From Vicugna vicugna (Eukaryota): a DNA stretch of 64,000 bases. The position numbers and the translations under genes were made by a program. The first letter of the stretch is position 1. Every line of letters begins with the position of its first letter. The stretch covers positions 8,913,627 to 8,977,626 of the forward strand of contig MU058423.1 in NCBI GenBank assembly GCA_013265495.1. Reading direction: 5' to 3'. Shown one piece after another: positions 13,421 through 27,553 of this stretch. A model generated the notes under the pieces. It searched no databases, was not told the DNA's origin, and saw only the letters and a list, made by a program, of their open reading frames with translations.

Positions 13421-15683
13421 CTAAAAAGAGGGGATGAAAAGAGTTAGTGGAACCAGACAGACAATGTTGCAATATGCAGAAAGTCTTCTCTTTAACTTTC
13501 AAAGATGTGCTGCAATCAGTGAAACGTAACAACTTTCAACTTTAATTTCTACGGCATTTGTACAAAAGTATCACAAGATAGAGGCTTACTAGTTCAGACT
13601 GTTTACAGCCCAATCATGATACAAGAATTAACAAGAGAACAAATATGTTTTTCTCCAAGAAAGGAGACTGATACAGTGGGAAATAATTAAATTACTGGCA
13701 TCTTTATTAGCAAGAACCATTTCTGAATCTTTATTCTTGATCTTATATATAAAGTCTATTCGTCCTTTTTCATTCCCTACATACCATACCCACTCCCAGA
13801 AAAGTTATCTATACTTTGCATATTATGCCATTTTTTTAAATGTGTCAACCAATCTGTTTTCCTGTCCAAAATTTTTTAAATGTCTATATTAACTAGAGTA
13901 GCAATATTAATATTTTCTTTCTATAATGTTCTATAAAAATTCCCTTTTAATTATCCGAAAATAGATGGTTAATGGGAAAAGATGGATTACATCACCAAAG
14001 AGTATATCACAAAGATTTTATCAGCAAACATCTTAACACATAGCCATATATTAAATCCACAGATTCAAACAGTTCTTAAGCACAAGATGCTATATGCCAG
14101 GCAACACTCTGCATGCTTGAGTATTCAACTGAATTCAAAATAAGCAACATGGTAGTTTGTATACATGCTAAGCATGACAAGAAGGTACAAATAAAAAGAT
14201 CTGTTAAAATGAAATGCAATTATTAATCAAAACCCAAATAAACATAGAACAATGGGAATGTGATGCACTTCAAAATCTGTTCAATTTCCTCATATTTTGA
14301 AACTGTTACACTACTTCGACAAATAAGTACATTTTAGTACTTATCAATAAATTCACACTGACTATAAAAACAGCTTTTTATACCTTACACATCGACCACA
14401 ACCCACAGAATATCTACTTTTAGAGCCCCTTTAAAAATGTAAGAACTCAACTGCATGTCTTTATTTACCCTGCCACTTTCTGCAAGAAAAAGAAACTCTT
14501 CCAAAACTCTGAAGTCTAGTCTAACTCAAAACTGCAACATTCTGGCTTTAACATGTAACCACAGAAAATGTAGCTATATGTATCTCGGCTGTGAGCCTGG
14601 AAACCCTTACTACCGGAAGTCAGGCATTTCTTTGATAACCAAGAATCACGTTCTGAAAATAACATTGCTCTTTTAAATTAAACTTCAAAAAATAAGTGTT
14701 TGCCTCAAAGCGGGTCTCTTATTTACCGAAGTCCTTATTTCCAGGCAAGCTTACTAAAATACCTCTATGAAATAAAGTTTAAGAGTCCGTTTTATTTAAC
14801 TCAGTTCAGTCAATGCATAGAAGTTATCTAAAGACCTCAAGGCTGCTGTCAGTGGTGCTGACACTTGGCTACTTGCTTTCTCAACGTAGTGCTGGACATT
14901 TCTTGTTTGTTTGTCTCTGCCAGTGACTGATCTCCATCAATAAGTTGGGTCTGATTTATTAAAAGGACAATCAAGGCTCTTAAGAACTAAGCATCTTTTA
15001 CTGTCTCTAAATCCAAAACCACCTGAAGAATGACTTCCAGTGGCCAGGCCCCCCACTAACGTAAATCAGGTGGAACACAAGGACTCGGCTCTTCTGGCTC
15101 CCAGACGCTCACTAGTTCTATTTCCTGGCTCCCAAAAACATCTGTTGGGAAGAAAATACCAACAGTCTACCTTGAAGTTCGGATTATATGTTTGGATGCT
15201 CTTTTTCTACTAAGAGTTTAGGTTTCATAACAAACTATTTAATAATGTGGAATTAAATTTATTTCACAATCACTCACCAACAGATTGACAAACTCGTATT
15301 GCTGTTCTTTTATCACCAATGGTCTTTATTGTTGGTTTGTTATTGAACTTTTTGTGTCTGCTTGTTTTTTGTTTTTCTCTCTAATTCTAAAGTACATGGA
15401 ATGCAGAAAACCATCCGGCAACGGGAACCATGAAGCTGGAGGACTGAATTCTGAAGGAAACTTTCTTTTCACTGTATACCTGTACATTTTCTAAAGGAAA
15501 TGTAATACAAATTAAAAATTTAAGGACTTTAGTTATTTTTTTACCTTCATAAGCTTTCAGAAATCACATAACATTTGTGAAGAATATTCTTCACAAAATC
15601 AACCTAGAAATTTTAACTATTTTAAAAGATCTCCTTTTAGAAGCTGCCTACAGAATGGAAACAGAATTGACTTTTTAAAAAAA

Positions 15684-15812
15684 CTTCTCACCACACGTAG
15701 CTACAAAAATCTTTTCCTTGTGATGAGAACTTTTAGAATTCACTCTCTTAGCAACTTTCATAAACATACAATACAGTGCTATTAACTACAGTCACTGTAC
15801 TGTATGTTACAA
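15684..15812 (-). mobile_element. L1MA-like 3'UTR fragment
   Basis: TGTGATGAGAACTTTTAG...CTCTCTTAGCAACTTTC...ATTAACTACAGTCAC, typical L1MA motifs. Confidence 0.75.
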
Positions 15813-17487
15813 TAATTGACTTTTTTAAATGAGAGTTTTCTATGTGACTTTTTGGAAAATTTTCAAAGCTCCTAGCATTTTCCTTGCCTGGATGTTTTGG
15901 CACTCAAGTCTTTTTCTCAGTGAAGTCCCAAAAGCACTACAGTCAAGAAATGATCTTCTGCTCAGAGAAGCTTGGCCAGCTCTCCTAAGTCCGATCACAG
16001 AGAGCTGAGTTCTCCCTCCAGGAATCAAAACCAATTCAAAGTGAATGATAACAGAGAAAAACCTTAGCTATTACAAGCCTAGTCCTAATTTCCGTGCTTG
16101 CCACAGCCAGGCCTCCTTCTCAGGGGTCAGCTCGCTGCAGCCTTACAGCAGCAACACTGCTCGACAGAGGAGATATTCTGCTATTAGAATGAAAAATTTC
16201 AAGGATAACAAAACATTTCTGCCAATTGTTTAGCTGCTGCTTTATATGATTGGGTTGATACGCACAAACGCTTTCTCATGTTTTTTTCCTTCAGGGTATT
16301 AAACACTTCCCTCACTTAAAAACAAAACAAACAAAAAACTACCTAGTACACACCAAAACACGCTAGAAGAAACAACAGGATCCACTGGAGACACTGATGG
16401 CTAAAACGGTTCATCCTTCCAGAGCTTTTCATGGAAGAACTTTCTGTGCAAAAAAAAAGAAGGTACAGTCTGCAGACAATAGGACTCTGTTTCATAAATG
16501 AGCCCAGTAGGCATGTTCTCAAGTTCTGCCCAGTGTCAGGAGAACTTCATGCCTCCCAGTTGGACAGCTGCCTCTTCCTCGCCTGGCCTGTCTCCTCTAC
16601 GGGCTGGTGCGCCGGCCAAGCCCTTCGTGGAGACGACCTACAAAGTCAGACCACTGCTTCTAGCTTAACGTTTGCTCCCTGCTCTAGCACAGATTCTTTT
16701 TGCTTTACCTGAAAAGCTAAGCTTAGAGATTACAAAAACACTATGTACAATTGTAAACTATTGCAAAGTAAAGTTAGAAATTGGTAAAACAAATGAATAT
16801 AGTCCTAAGTATAAAAGGGAGGATGGCACGGAAGGAATACTGCGACGACCCCTGGTATATCCGCCTGCTCTGTAGCAAGGCTGCACCTGACTCATGACGA
16901 ATTTTAACATGCAGCCAGTATCCACGCTATACTTTAGATTTCTATCTGGAAACTGGAGTACATAGGCTTCTGAGTCTTCTTAACCTAAGTGGACACAGCC
17001 AGCCCTCTGTAATAATAACAACAGTATGTTTATTGGTCACTTGCTGCATTGCATCATTTCTCAAAGCAGTGGAACCGTACCAGAGGGGTCCAGTTGGACC
17101 AGACGGAGTGACTCCCAATCCAGAGGTCCCGGGCAAGGCTGCAATATAACCAGCATGCTGTGTCTCTCTTTTAGCAAGAGAACATAAGCCTGGAGCCAGG
17201 GAGGGCCTTGCTTACCACACTTGGTCAGTGTCTCCCAGGTCAGATCACAGAGAGCTGAGTGCTCTCAGCAAGTGTGGCAGACGGGAGAAATCCAGAACTC
17301 TCTCACTGAGCTTGCGTAAACCTCAGTTCTCAATTATAAGGCCATCACAAGTTTCATGGCTCAAAATTTAAATAATTCTTATGTTGAATTGGTCAAAAAT
17401 ATGAAAACTTTACAGAAATGAAAGACAAACTAAATACCAACCTAAATTGTATTATTATATTATCGTATTATATTTCATCCTCTTAAC

Positions 17488-17660
17488 AGATTGGTTTGGA
17501 GTCACCTGAGGGCTTATTAAAATGCCAGTTACTGGGTCTCACCCCTAGGGTTTCTGATTGAGCAGGAAAGGATCCAAGGATTTGCATCTCTAACAAGTTC
17601 TGGGTAATTAACGCTGATGCTGCCGGTTCAAGGGCCACGTGCTAAAATGCACTATGCTAA
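17488..17660. mobile_element. MER5A-like hAT-Charlie DNA transposon relic
   Basis: GAGTCACCTGAGGGCTTATTAAAATGC...TTTCTGATT...ATTTGCATCTCTAACAAGTTC...TGATGCTGCCGGT. Confidence 0.75.
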
Positions 17661-20600
17661 GATCCTGCTAAATTTCAGAGAGGGACTGCATGAAACTAAG
17701 GCCGGTCCCACCCTGCAAATGTTCTATACGGATCCTGAAACACTGCCCATCTGGTCAGGTAGTCCCGAAAGACATTCAAATTCTTTTAGGAACTCCAAAT
17801 CATGCCATATGACTTTTTAAAGGATGATATAAAAACACATTTCCCCAGATTCCTTAGAAAACTTTATTATAGTTTGTAAATTCTTGCACTGCAGGTGGTA
17901 ACACCTACAGGTAAAGTTCCTATAATGATTTAGTAACTCAACTGCCTTAAATGACATTATTCCAGAGTTTCCAAATTCAGATGCTCTTAGGGGCATTTGA
18001 GAATTTGAAATGGGTCACTGGGTAAGCCAGAAAAGTATGCCCCATCCAAAGCAAACTTAGCTCCAACCTGCTGTTACCGAGCAGGAATCTGGGCCCATAA
18101 TCAGATACTGCAATATTTAAAAGAAGCCAGAAATCCATAATTTAATAAACATTTTCATAAATTGCAGTGTTGACCATGAATTCAGAATTTTTAAACAGCA
18201 TTCATGCTCAAAAAAAAAAACCATGTCTGTGGACTGAATGCAGCCCAAGGGAATCAGTTTGCTGAGTCTGAGTGGGGATACTGTGGCTGAAGAAAGTTCT
18301 GTTGGTTCTATCAGCATGAATTCACGCTGTAGCTGTTGTGTGTCAAGCACAGTCCTCACAGTCCTGAGCAACACGGTAACAAGGGGAGCGGAACCCTAGT
18401 CTCCAGACTCATAAGCACTCACTGATGAATATTTGATGCTAAACAAGGGGAAAATATTGGCCAGGGCTTATTACACATGGAAGAGAATAACTAGCTAGGG
18501 ACGCACTCACAGCACAGCAAGGACCCACGGAGTGATCTTAATTACAGTGCTTCATTTAACAAAAAAATTATAGCTAAAAGATGAGATTTAGTATTGAATA
18601 GCTATCAATTAACACAATCAAACCTATGGAAATTTCCAGACCTGTATTGCTTCCCTGAGTGAGAGTCAAAGTTCTATCACTCTTTTATAAATCATGACAA
18701 ATATATGACATAGCATATAAATGTTTGATGGTACTTGTAAACCAAAGTACAATGACCACTATGATACAAAAACACAAATTAAGATGAGGATACTGACCCC
18801 AGACGGACACCTTCTATCTCAGAAAGGAAAGCTTTGTGAAAGGTTGCATTCTAGTGGGGCAGGGTCAACTCCTAATGAAAAACAAGCCACGGCAACTAAG
18901 AGAGAGAGAGAGAGAATGATGACATGCTACACGCAAATCACAAACAGCCCAGGCTATGCTTGGATTACAGGGACATACACAGATCATGCACTTGATCAGT
19001 TTAGGTCAGGAGACTTCAAACTCCTTAATCATTCAAAACCAAAAGGTGATGCAATTTTGCTCAAAGCCAAGACACAAAAACAAAAGAGTTAATGGCCAAT
19101 TTAAAGAAATTGATCTTTTGGGTAGCCTTTCAGCAAAGTTGCCATGCTTAAAAGTAAAATCTTCGAGCCATTTGGTTAAAACGTGGTGTTGTATTAAGCT
19201 GTGGGCATCAGCCTGACTGAGCTAAGAAAGACATTAGTGCAGCCTGGATAATATGCTCTTTCGTAAAAAAAAAAAAAAGAGAGAGAGAGCGCATGCATTT
19301 TCCTCAACAAGCCAGCTCTGCCAGTGATGGTAGTCAGACTAAGTAGATGACAGCACAGGGACCATGGTGACCAGGGCATCATTCTCTTACAGGTGACTAG
19401 GCTAGCCCAGTAATGGCCGCAGCAACCAGCGTCTCCATAGCAATCAGTGGTCATCTCATTGCAAAAGCGATACAATGAACAGGTCTTCCTGTGAGCAGCC
19501 ATGACCTCTACATGTTTTACCTCCAACTTTCCCAGGAAAGGGATACTCTTGAAAATTTTCTTGGGCTGCACAAAACAAAATATGGTTTATGTTTTTATTC
19601 ATAGCTAAAATAAAACAGGTTGAACAGTTTCCTTAAAAAGAAAAAGGTTTCTCTTTACTGTCCATTTTGTTTCAAACCCAGTATGTTTCATGAATGAAAT
19701 GGCACCTTTGGTTAAAATGGAAGTCGAAATGTCAGAAAAGTTGCTCATAAAGATTATTCAATCATGCTGATAATACAGTTGAAGGCATTTGGGGATTCTC
19801 TATAAAAGGGAGTTTTCTTGCCCGAGGATTCTAAACAAGCATGAGAATTTTATGCCTTGCAAACTCTATGTACACTCATTCCCATGGAAATTAACGCTAT
19901 TTTCACACCCCTGATAGCTCTTTAAATTACATGAACTATCCCCAGAACGTAGCTTGCTTTTCTTACCCCCAGAGCCCATGAACCTGAGACAGAAGATAAC
20001 CTCATGAAGAAATCTTCAACATGTTTATAAGAGGGTGGTCTGATCCTTGTATGAAAGGAGTTCTTGTGTACAAGCACCTGACCCCGCGGCAGGTGCCGGT
20101 TTACCAGACAGGATTACGGCACTGATTCACTCAGCAACAAGGACATTCCCTGAGCCCCCACCATCTGCCAGGTACTTTCAGTGCTTTAATACAATTGTCC
20201 ATTTCACAATGCCCACCCCCACCTTCTCCTTTCAACCTGAAAGGGCCACGTGGGATGTTTTGTACGTTTAAAATTACATTTCTGTCAATATTCTTTTAAG
20301 CCTTTTAAAAATAGTCCCCAAGATTACTGTAATTGTCCTGTTGAGTCATAAGAGCAGGTATTAAAAAAAAAAAATCACTGCCCTAGAAAACGTCCCCTTT
20401 TTTCAGTGATTCTCTTAGATCTTTTCTTCCCCCAGGCTGGAGTTTCATTTTTCTCTCAGGAAAAGTGACATCAACAGTTAAAATTGCATTGATTATTTTA
20501 GGAATATTATTTCAGTTCAATTACATTATGTTCATAGAACTTTCAAATTATTGAATCAGTAATTGAAAGATTTTCCTTAACTGATTAACCTTGAAGAAGG

Positions 20601-21659
20601 CGTCCTGCTTTTCAAAATACCACTACTTTGTCTTTTATTAATACAGTCTTCTCTTTTAGACACTCTTATATTCTGGTCCAGGAGCACTGCCTGTGCCAAA
20701 AATCCCTTTCAGAACCTATTAAAAAGTTATGAATCCCCTCAGAAGAAAAATGTAAATACACACAAAATTTTATATACAATTTCAGGAGTTTGTGGATTCC
20801 TTGAAATACCAGATTAACAATTCTTGGCCTAGGCCATCAATCACTGATGACATTTTCAACTTAAACAACATACACAGTATTACAAATTGTTCTCACTTCA
20901 ATAACTCTTCCTTCTTTGACTGATTCCTTTATGATGGTAATTATTGACCAGAAATAGCAGACTACAACCCATGACTGTATAACTCTTAATACTTACACTT
21001 TTTAAAGTATAGCTTAAAATAAGAAAAAAGGTTGTTGACAGTGGTTTCTGTTTTTGGTTTTTTAATCTACACAGGTGTTTGATGGATAATTTTCCATTTT
21101 AATTCACATAATTAAAATGAAGGCCATTGGGAACAGAATACTGACACACACAGGAAAAACAGCAATAAATCACCACCTCAAATAGTCAACTTGAATAACA
21201 AACCTTTTCACATATAAAAAAATACAAAATTTCAGGTTGAAATAGAATGTACTGCAAAATAATACCTATCTATATAAGGTATCAAATAAAGGAGAAAAAA
21301 ATCATGAAAGCTTAATTGGAAGACATAAAAATTTCTAAAGTAGAAAATAAAATGCACCTAAAAGTGTTACGAAATCATATAGAAGAATCCTAAGAAGTTT
21401 TATTTGTGAAAATAGTGCTAATTATTCAGAGAAGTAAAGAAGTCTGAGGAGCAAGTAAGTGCCACCAGGTTTGGCGTTTACAATGTCACTAGAGCAGTTT
21501 CAGTAGAGTAAGGAAGGCAAAGGTGGGGTAGCAAATGATGAAGAAGTCGGTACGTTGTCAGGATGTCCACAAGCCGAAGGCAGGCTATTCTGAAACCTTA
21601 GAGGCAAAAGGATAAAAGAGGATCTGAAAGTCATGGGGATCATGACAAGGTCAACAGAA

Positions 21660-22520
21660 ATTTCTGTGTGCTTAGTGGCCCTGTGCTGGACACCTGGGAA
21701 CACAAAAATATAAAGCATGCCTCCATCCTCTGGGGCTCATAGTCCAGTGAAAAAGATAGATGCAACTGAAAACTGCAAATTATAATTGAAATTATAATTT
21801 CAAATAAAATTAAACTCATAACCCATCAATAATAGGTATCTGCACAAAGAATTATGGGAAAACAAAGGAGGCACCTCCAACCTTCCAGCCCTGTCCAGAA
21901 GCACAAAGAGATGCTTTCTAGAAGTGGTGGTGCCTGAACAAGGTCTTAAAGGATGAAGCGTTATCAAGTCAGAGGGGAAGGGCATTCCCGTCAGACTGGG
22001 TGTCACACGCCATTGTGTAGAGCAGCGACATGGTTCAGGGTAAAGTGCAAGGTTGGGAGTGGCAGGGATACAGCAATCTTCCGTCAATCAGTAAGTTAGT
22101 GAATGAAATCACCCACTGGGAAGACGCCAAGGGTGGGAGTTGTCAAGGTGAGCAAGACAAAAGGCATGGGAGTAAGGTGCCCAAAGGTCTTAACAAAATG
22201 AGTGACTGTGGGCTGCAGACAAGAGACATCAGAAGGGAGCTGATAGCCTAAAAAAATAGGGAGACTGAAGGTCTGAGGATTACACAAGAGAGACAATGTT
22301 GGGGATGCGTAACAAGGCAGGTACATCCAAAATCGGAAAGCCTGGAGTTCCTGGAAGCAAAGCAGTGGGAGTGGCAGGAATAGACACTGGAGTGAAAAAA
22401 AAAAAAAGAGGCAGAGAGGCTTTGAGACCACCATGGGACTGCAAGGTGAGGTTAGGGCAATGCTGTGGGGAGCACAGGAGGATGAGAAACCAGAGGCTGC
22501 AGCTCCCGGAGGAGGTGGAG
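21660..22520 (-). mobile_element. L2 fragment(s)
   Basis: CCCTGTGCTGGACACCTGGGAACACAAAAAT...CTCATAGTCCAGT; CCTGAACAAGGTCTTAAAGGATGAAG. Confidence 0.6.
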
Positions 22521-24760
22521 AGAAGAGCATGAACAATGCAGCCAAGGCCTTGAAATCTGGCCCCACATTTACCTTGCAGCCATGGGCAAGTCACATGCCT
22601 CTCCTGGACCTCCCTTTCTGCACCTATGAAATCAGGAGGCTGGACTAAATGGTCATTTAGATTCCTGAAATTATACAGGCCAGCTTTCTCGTATGGAAAC
22701 GAGAGCTGTGAGGCAGAGAAAGTGTTCATAAACTTGTTGAAGAACTGTCTTCATTGTATTTCCTATCAGAATTCACAAAGGTTACCTGAGTAACTTTCTC
22801 TTGTATAGGACTTTGAAATTTACAAAGCCCTCTTACACATATTTTACATATATTTTCTAACCTCTATACATACAATCCTAGCCACCTCTCTGTGAGAGCT
22901 CTATGATCCCTATTTCAGAGCTGAAGGAACTGAGAGTCCACAAGGTTGAAGTGACTGCAGCCTTGAATCGGTGAAGTCAGTCCTCGGCTCTTAATAAAGA
23001 CATTCTGCTTGGTATACTTCACTGAGATAACCCATGACCGGTTAACACTTAAAATTCATTCCCTCAGCAAGTAACAAGGGGCCCACTAATTGTACTAAAG
23101 CTAAAACTGTCGTTCATTCCAGGCATCCATCTGATCACCTGATCACTGAAATGAACTGAGGGGACTGTCTGAACTGTAATAAATTTTGATAATGTTGAAA
23201 GAAAGTTTTGCAAATGAAAACAAGTCGAAACACGTCCTTGTATACCCTTACTCATTCTGTTCAATACAGAACGTGGTAGAAAAATAGTCTTACTTCAATC
23301 CATCGACTCAAGTAATTGTTGTAAGTAGAACACTGAGTCAGACCAGAAACTATGTTTTCCTAAAAATGCTTCCTTTCTCTTTGGTCGCTCCTAGAGAGCA
23401 GACGGGTCTCACACTGTTGATTATAATACCCAGTTCATACCAACTACACACTAACAGGACTAATCAGGAAAGGGAAGAAATTCCCAGGTCCTCAAAAGGA
23501 AGAAATAGATTTTAATTATTTATGAATCCTTCAAATTCCTTGTTAATTCATCCATTTAAAGTCCATTTAATATTTTTTATTAAATCCTTTTGAGGATATT
23601 ATTTGCTTCCTTGGTGATTACAAAAATTTCAACTTATTTTTTGAATGATAGTAACTTCTTTTCTGAAAGATGTAAATTGGTTTAGTTAAAGGAATATACA
23701 TACTACATCTTTCCAAGTCAGACAATACTTTGGAAATTAATTCCTTAAAAAGTTGATTGCAACAGATCTTATATGATTTTTTACTTAAAAAAAAACTCTC
23801 TTTGGGATTATTCCATGTCCATTTAGCATTTTGAGATCAATGGCAAAAAAATGGTGCATTTGTATTTTACAAGAAATTCTCCATGATAGACTGTCTTTTA
23901 TACCTAAGTACAATAAAAATCAAATCAAAAAATTATTACTAAGAAGGCAATATGTACAAGGTACTGTACTATGTCACACCAGTAACATTTTACCCAGCAG
24001 AAAGATTAAACTACTTGAGCAGTATAATTTAGTGGCTATTCTTAAGAGGTAGATTTCACCTTCCAAACTGAAACATTATATTTAAGATCCCCATTTAGAA
24101 ATTTGAGAGAAAAAGAAAATTGTCTTTCTATGTGATGAAATAAGTTTACCAGAACTAGGAGTACAGGTGTCACTTTTCCTCATATATGCTTGGAATTTAA
24201 GAAGGAAAAAAAGCCACATGTAAAATCAAAAATATGAATGAACAGTGACTGTATGACCCAAATTCTGTCATAACAGGTAAAGTCCATGCTCTGTCACCGC
24301 TAGTTGATCCATCTCACTTGGCTGTTAACTCTATAGAGATGATAGTCAAGAACCAGGCAAAAATTTCAATCTCGATCAGACAGAGATAGCTTATGTTCCA
24401 GAGCTCCTGCCGTGCAGTGACGAGCCAGCCCCCTGCAATGCCTGGTAACAGCATCCAGAAGCCGACCTGAAGGGCTCAGAAAAATCATCCTAGGAGGGAA
24501 TTTGATAGACTCAAGAACAGCAACCTGAAAGGATTTGTGCTTTCTTTCTTAGATCACTATTCCAGTGACTTCGTTCAGCTCATATTTCCATTGATCCTGA
24601 AAAATGAAAGAGGTTAACATGTCCTTTGTGGGGTAATCAGGGAGATCAATTTCAGCTTCTAGGTGAACTCCTCACATAAATGTCCGAAGATCAAGATTAC
24701 CTGACTGAACGGTGTGTGCACAGCAATCCCACTGGTTAGATTTCACAGGTTAAATTTTTA

Positions 24761-24880
<120 letters not shown>

Positions 24881-25249
24881 TTAAGTAGTATTTAGTAAAA
24901 TATATAATTTTCAGTAACATCAATGCTCATTTTTTTATTTTCATTAAAGCTGTACTCAGGTTGTAATTATCTTCGGGAATAAGGGTCAGTATATAATTGA
25001 TACATAGCAATCCAAATGACAAATGGTTTCTCCCTGCCAGTGCCCTCCAGTTACTATAACCAGTCTCTCAATGGGGAACTATTTGGACAGTTTTAAGTTC
25101 TACCTCCTTTTATCTCCCTCCCAGGGCATGAAGTAAAAGGACTGAAAAGCAGGCAATGAAAGAACCAACATAAACAAAACACATAGGTGGCCTACACGCC
25201 CTGGTTTTAGTTGTCAATTCCTTAGTTATAAAGCTCCTGTCCTCTTAAG

Positions 25250-26330
25250 TTCCAATTCTAACTATTCCACTCACACCTCACTCTCAGTTAAGTATTTTAG
25301 AGCCAGTGGTCTTTTTTTCTGTTTCATTCTCCTTGAACTTTCTGTTTCATGCAACACACTGACTCGTCTCCCTCTCTCCATCCCTTCACTTCTCCAGGAT
25401 ACAGACATCAGCCTGCAGATCATCTGTGGTAGTGAATTAAACGATAAGACTATGGAAAACATACAGCTCCTACCCTGAGACCCAGCGTCAGTCTTTTCCA
25501 TCTTCAACTGTCTGCTGGATCTCCCATCTACTTCGCATCTGCTCCCTTCCATCACCTGGAACTCAGATTGTCTATAACTCAGTCCGTTTTTCCTCCAGAC
25601 TGGAAACAGTTTGCTTCTCCCAGTCACTCAGACACAGAAGCTACTACTCTAAGTCACCTCTTCCTTTTCTGTTTCTGCTTTAGCATCAGAAGTCCAGATC
25701 TTCATCTCACATCTTTAGTGCTTCAATTCTCTCTCTCTCCTGCCCAACTGATCTGTATTCCACTCGAGAAATTAATCTTCATAAAATCTCACTTCTCACA
25801 TATCCTCCCACTGTTCAAAAATGTTTAATGGCTCTTTACTCCCTTCAGGACAATTCCTTGGCTCAGAAATCAAAGCTCTACCCATCACACCCCAAGTTTC
25901 CAGGCTGATCTTCTCTTCTAATAGGCCCCATGTGGAATCTTCATTCCAGCAAATATGTCCATGCCTCGTCCCCAGATACTCCATGCATATTTTTAATCCC
26001 AGCCTCTCATATTGGTGTCCTTGCCTGGAGTGCCCTCCTTTTCTCTTTCTACCACTCTTTGGCTTTCTCAAAACCCAGTTCAAGCCCTACCTTCTCCATA
26101 AAGCCTTTCCAGTCACCTTCAGGGAACACTGACCACCCTTGCCTCAAAGTTCCCAAAACTTCCCATCTGAGCCACTCTTTTGGCCTATGACACGTACTAG
26201 CATATACTGTGAATCAGAACCTACCTGATCAATGACAGTGTAAGCTCCTCACTCAGGGCCTTTGCTCATACCTAATATGCTTAGGAGAACGTCCTCCACA
26301 TAATATCAGACTTCAATAAATGAGTCTTCA
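25250..26330 (+). mobile_element. L2 fragment(s)
   Basis: Pyrimidine-rich L2 body; AAAACCCAGTTCAAGCCCTACCTTCTCCATAAAGCCTTTCC; TGTAAGCTCCTC...CTTCAATAAATG. Confidence 0.65.
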
Positions 26331-27307
26331 TTATAAATATTTTGCTCATTGATGCCCAAATTCAATTTAGCCTGGGCTATAAGTTTACTAAATATCAACA
26401 CATTTCAAAAAAAAAAAAGCATCCCCAAAAGAACGTTATTTTGAAGGATTCATCTGATCTTTTTCAGCTACCCAAATTACACTATCACAGACATGCCACT
26501 ACACTACATCAAATCTGCCAATACCCACTTGCCTTACTTCAGGAAAGAGTACTAAACGTATGTATTTTATCCATGTTAAACCAGCTGATAATATTTTGGA
26601 CCTTATATTCAAGGTAACACCACAGTTAGCTGTCCCTGCACAGTGGCTTCATGAGAGTAAGAACAGAGTTGCCAAAAAAGGAAAGCTGTAACAATTTGAA
26701 GTTAAAGGTGCTTGGCTTACTTCTAAAGCCCCCAGTGTGATGCTGTGTTCTAAGTATAAACAAAATACTCGTGAATCCAAAATGAAATATGCCTGTAACA
26801 CCTGATGACTTAACAGTTCAAGACTTGACAGTAATCCATGCACAAGAACCAAAATGAAAAGACTGCACAAAGAAGCACCCGCCAGCACTGATTAAGGCAG
26901 CCCTATTTCTCCCACAGAAATTTCCTTGTCCTTGGGTTATTGGAAGCAACTCTTGACTAATATACTTTGTTTTTTTCCTTCTTGAACATGAATATTGACA
27001 CATTAAATTTTAAGGTGAATCTGGAATTTTTAGTTATAATTATTTCAGCTTGTTTAAATCACTTTGTAAAAAAATTCAGGAAAGCATAAAGAATCCAGGT
27101 TATCTAATTCCAGTTTCTTACTAACCATTATAGCCAACTTCAATGTCTAACTCAAAGCTGTACAGTTTCTAACACAGCTTGGTTAGTTATGTGTAGCAAC
27201 ATGGTTAACAAACACACCTATTTCACCAAACACCATGAATATACATCAGTATAATCCAACAATATAAGAAAAAGTCAACCAAATACAGACTTTGTCCTTA
27301 AGTTGAT

Positions 27308-27502
27308 CTGTACTCTCAAACATGGTAGCCACTGGGCACATGTGGCTATTTAGATTTAAAATTAAGTAAATTAAAATTTTAGCTCTCCCATCATATTAGC
27401 CCATCTCAAGAGTTAAAAAGCCACATGATAAAAAGTCAATGGCTAACAAACTGGAGAATGAAGACACTGAACATTTCCATCATTTTGGCTCAGATAGCAC
27501 TG
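27308..27502. mobile_element. MER3/MER33-like hAT-Charlie relic
   Basis: ATGGTAGCCACTGGGCACATGTGGCTATTTAG...AGCCACATG...GAACATTTCCATCAT...AGCACTG. Confidence 0.72.
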
Positions 27503-27510
27503 ATCAAGAT

Positions 27511-27513
27511 TAA

Positions 27514-27552
<39 letters not shown>

Positions 27553-27553
27553 A
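27511..27553. repeat. (TAAA)n tetranucleotide microsatellite
   Basis: Direct reading. Confidence 0.93.
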
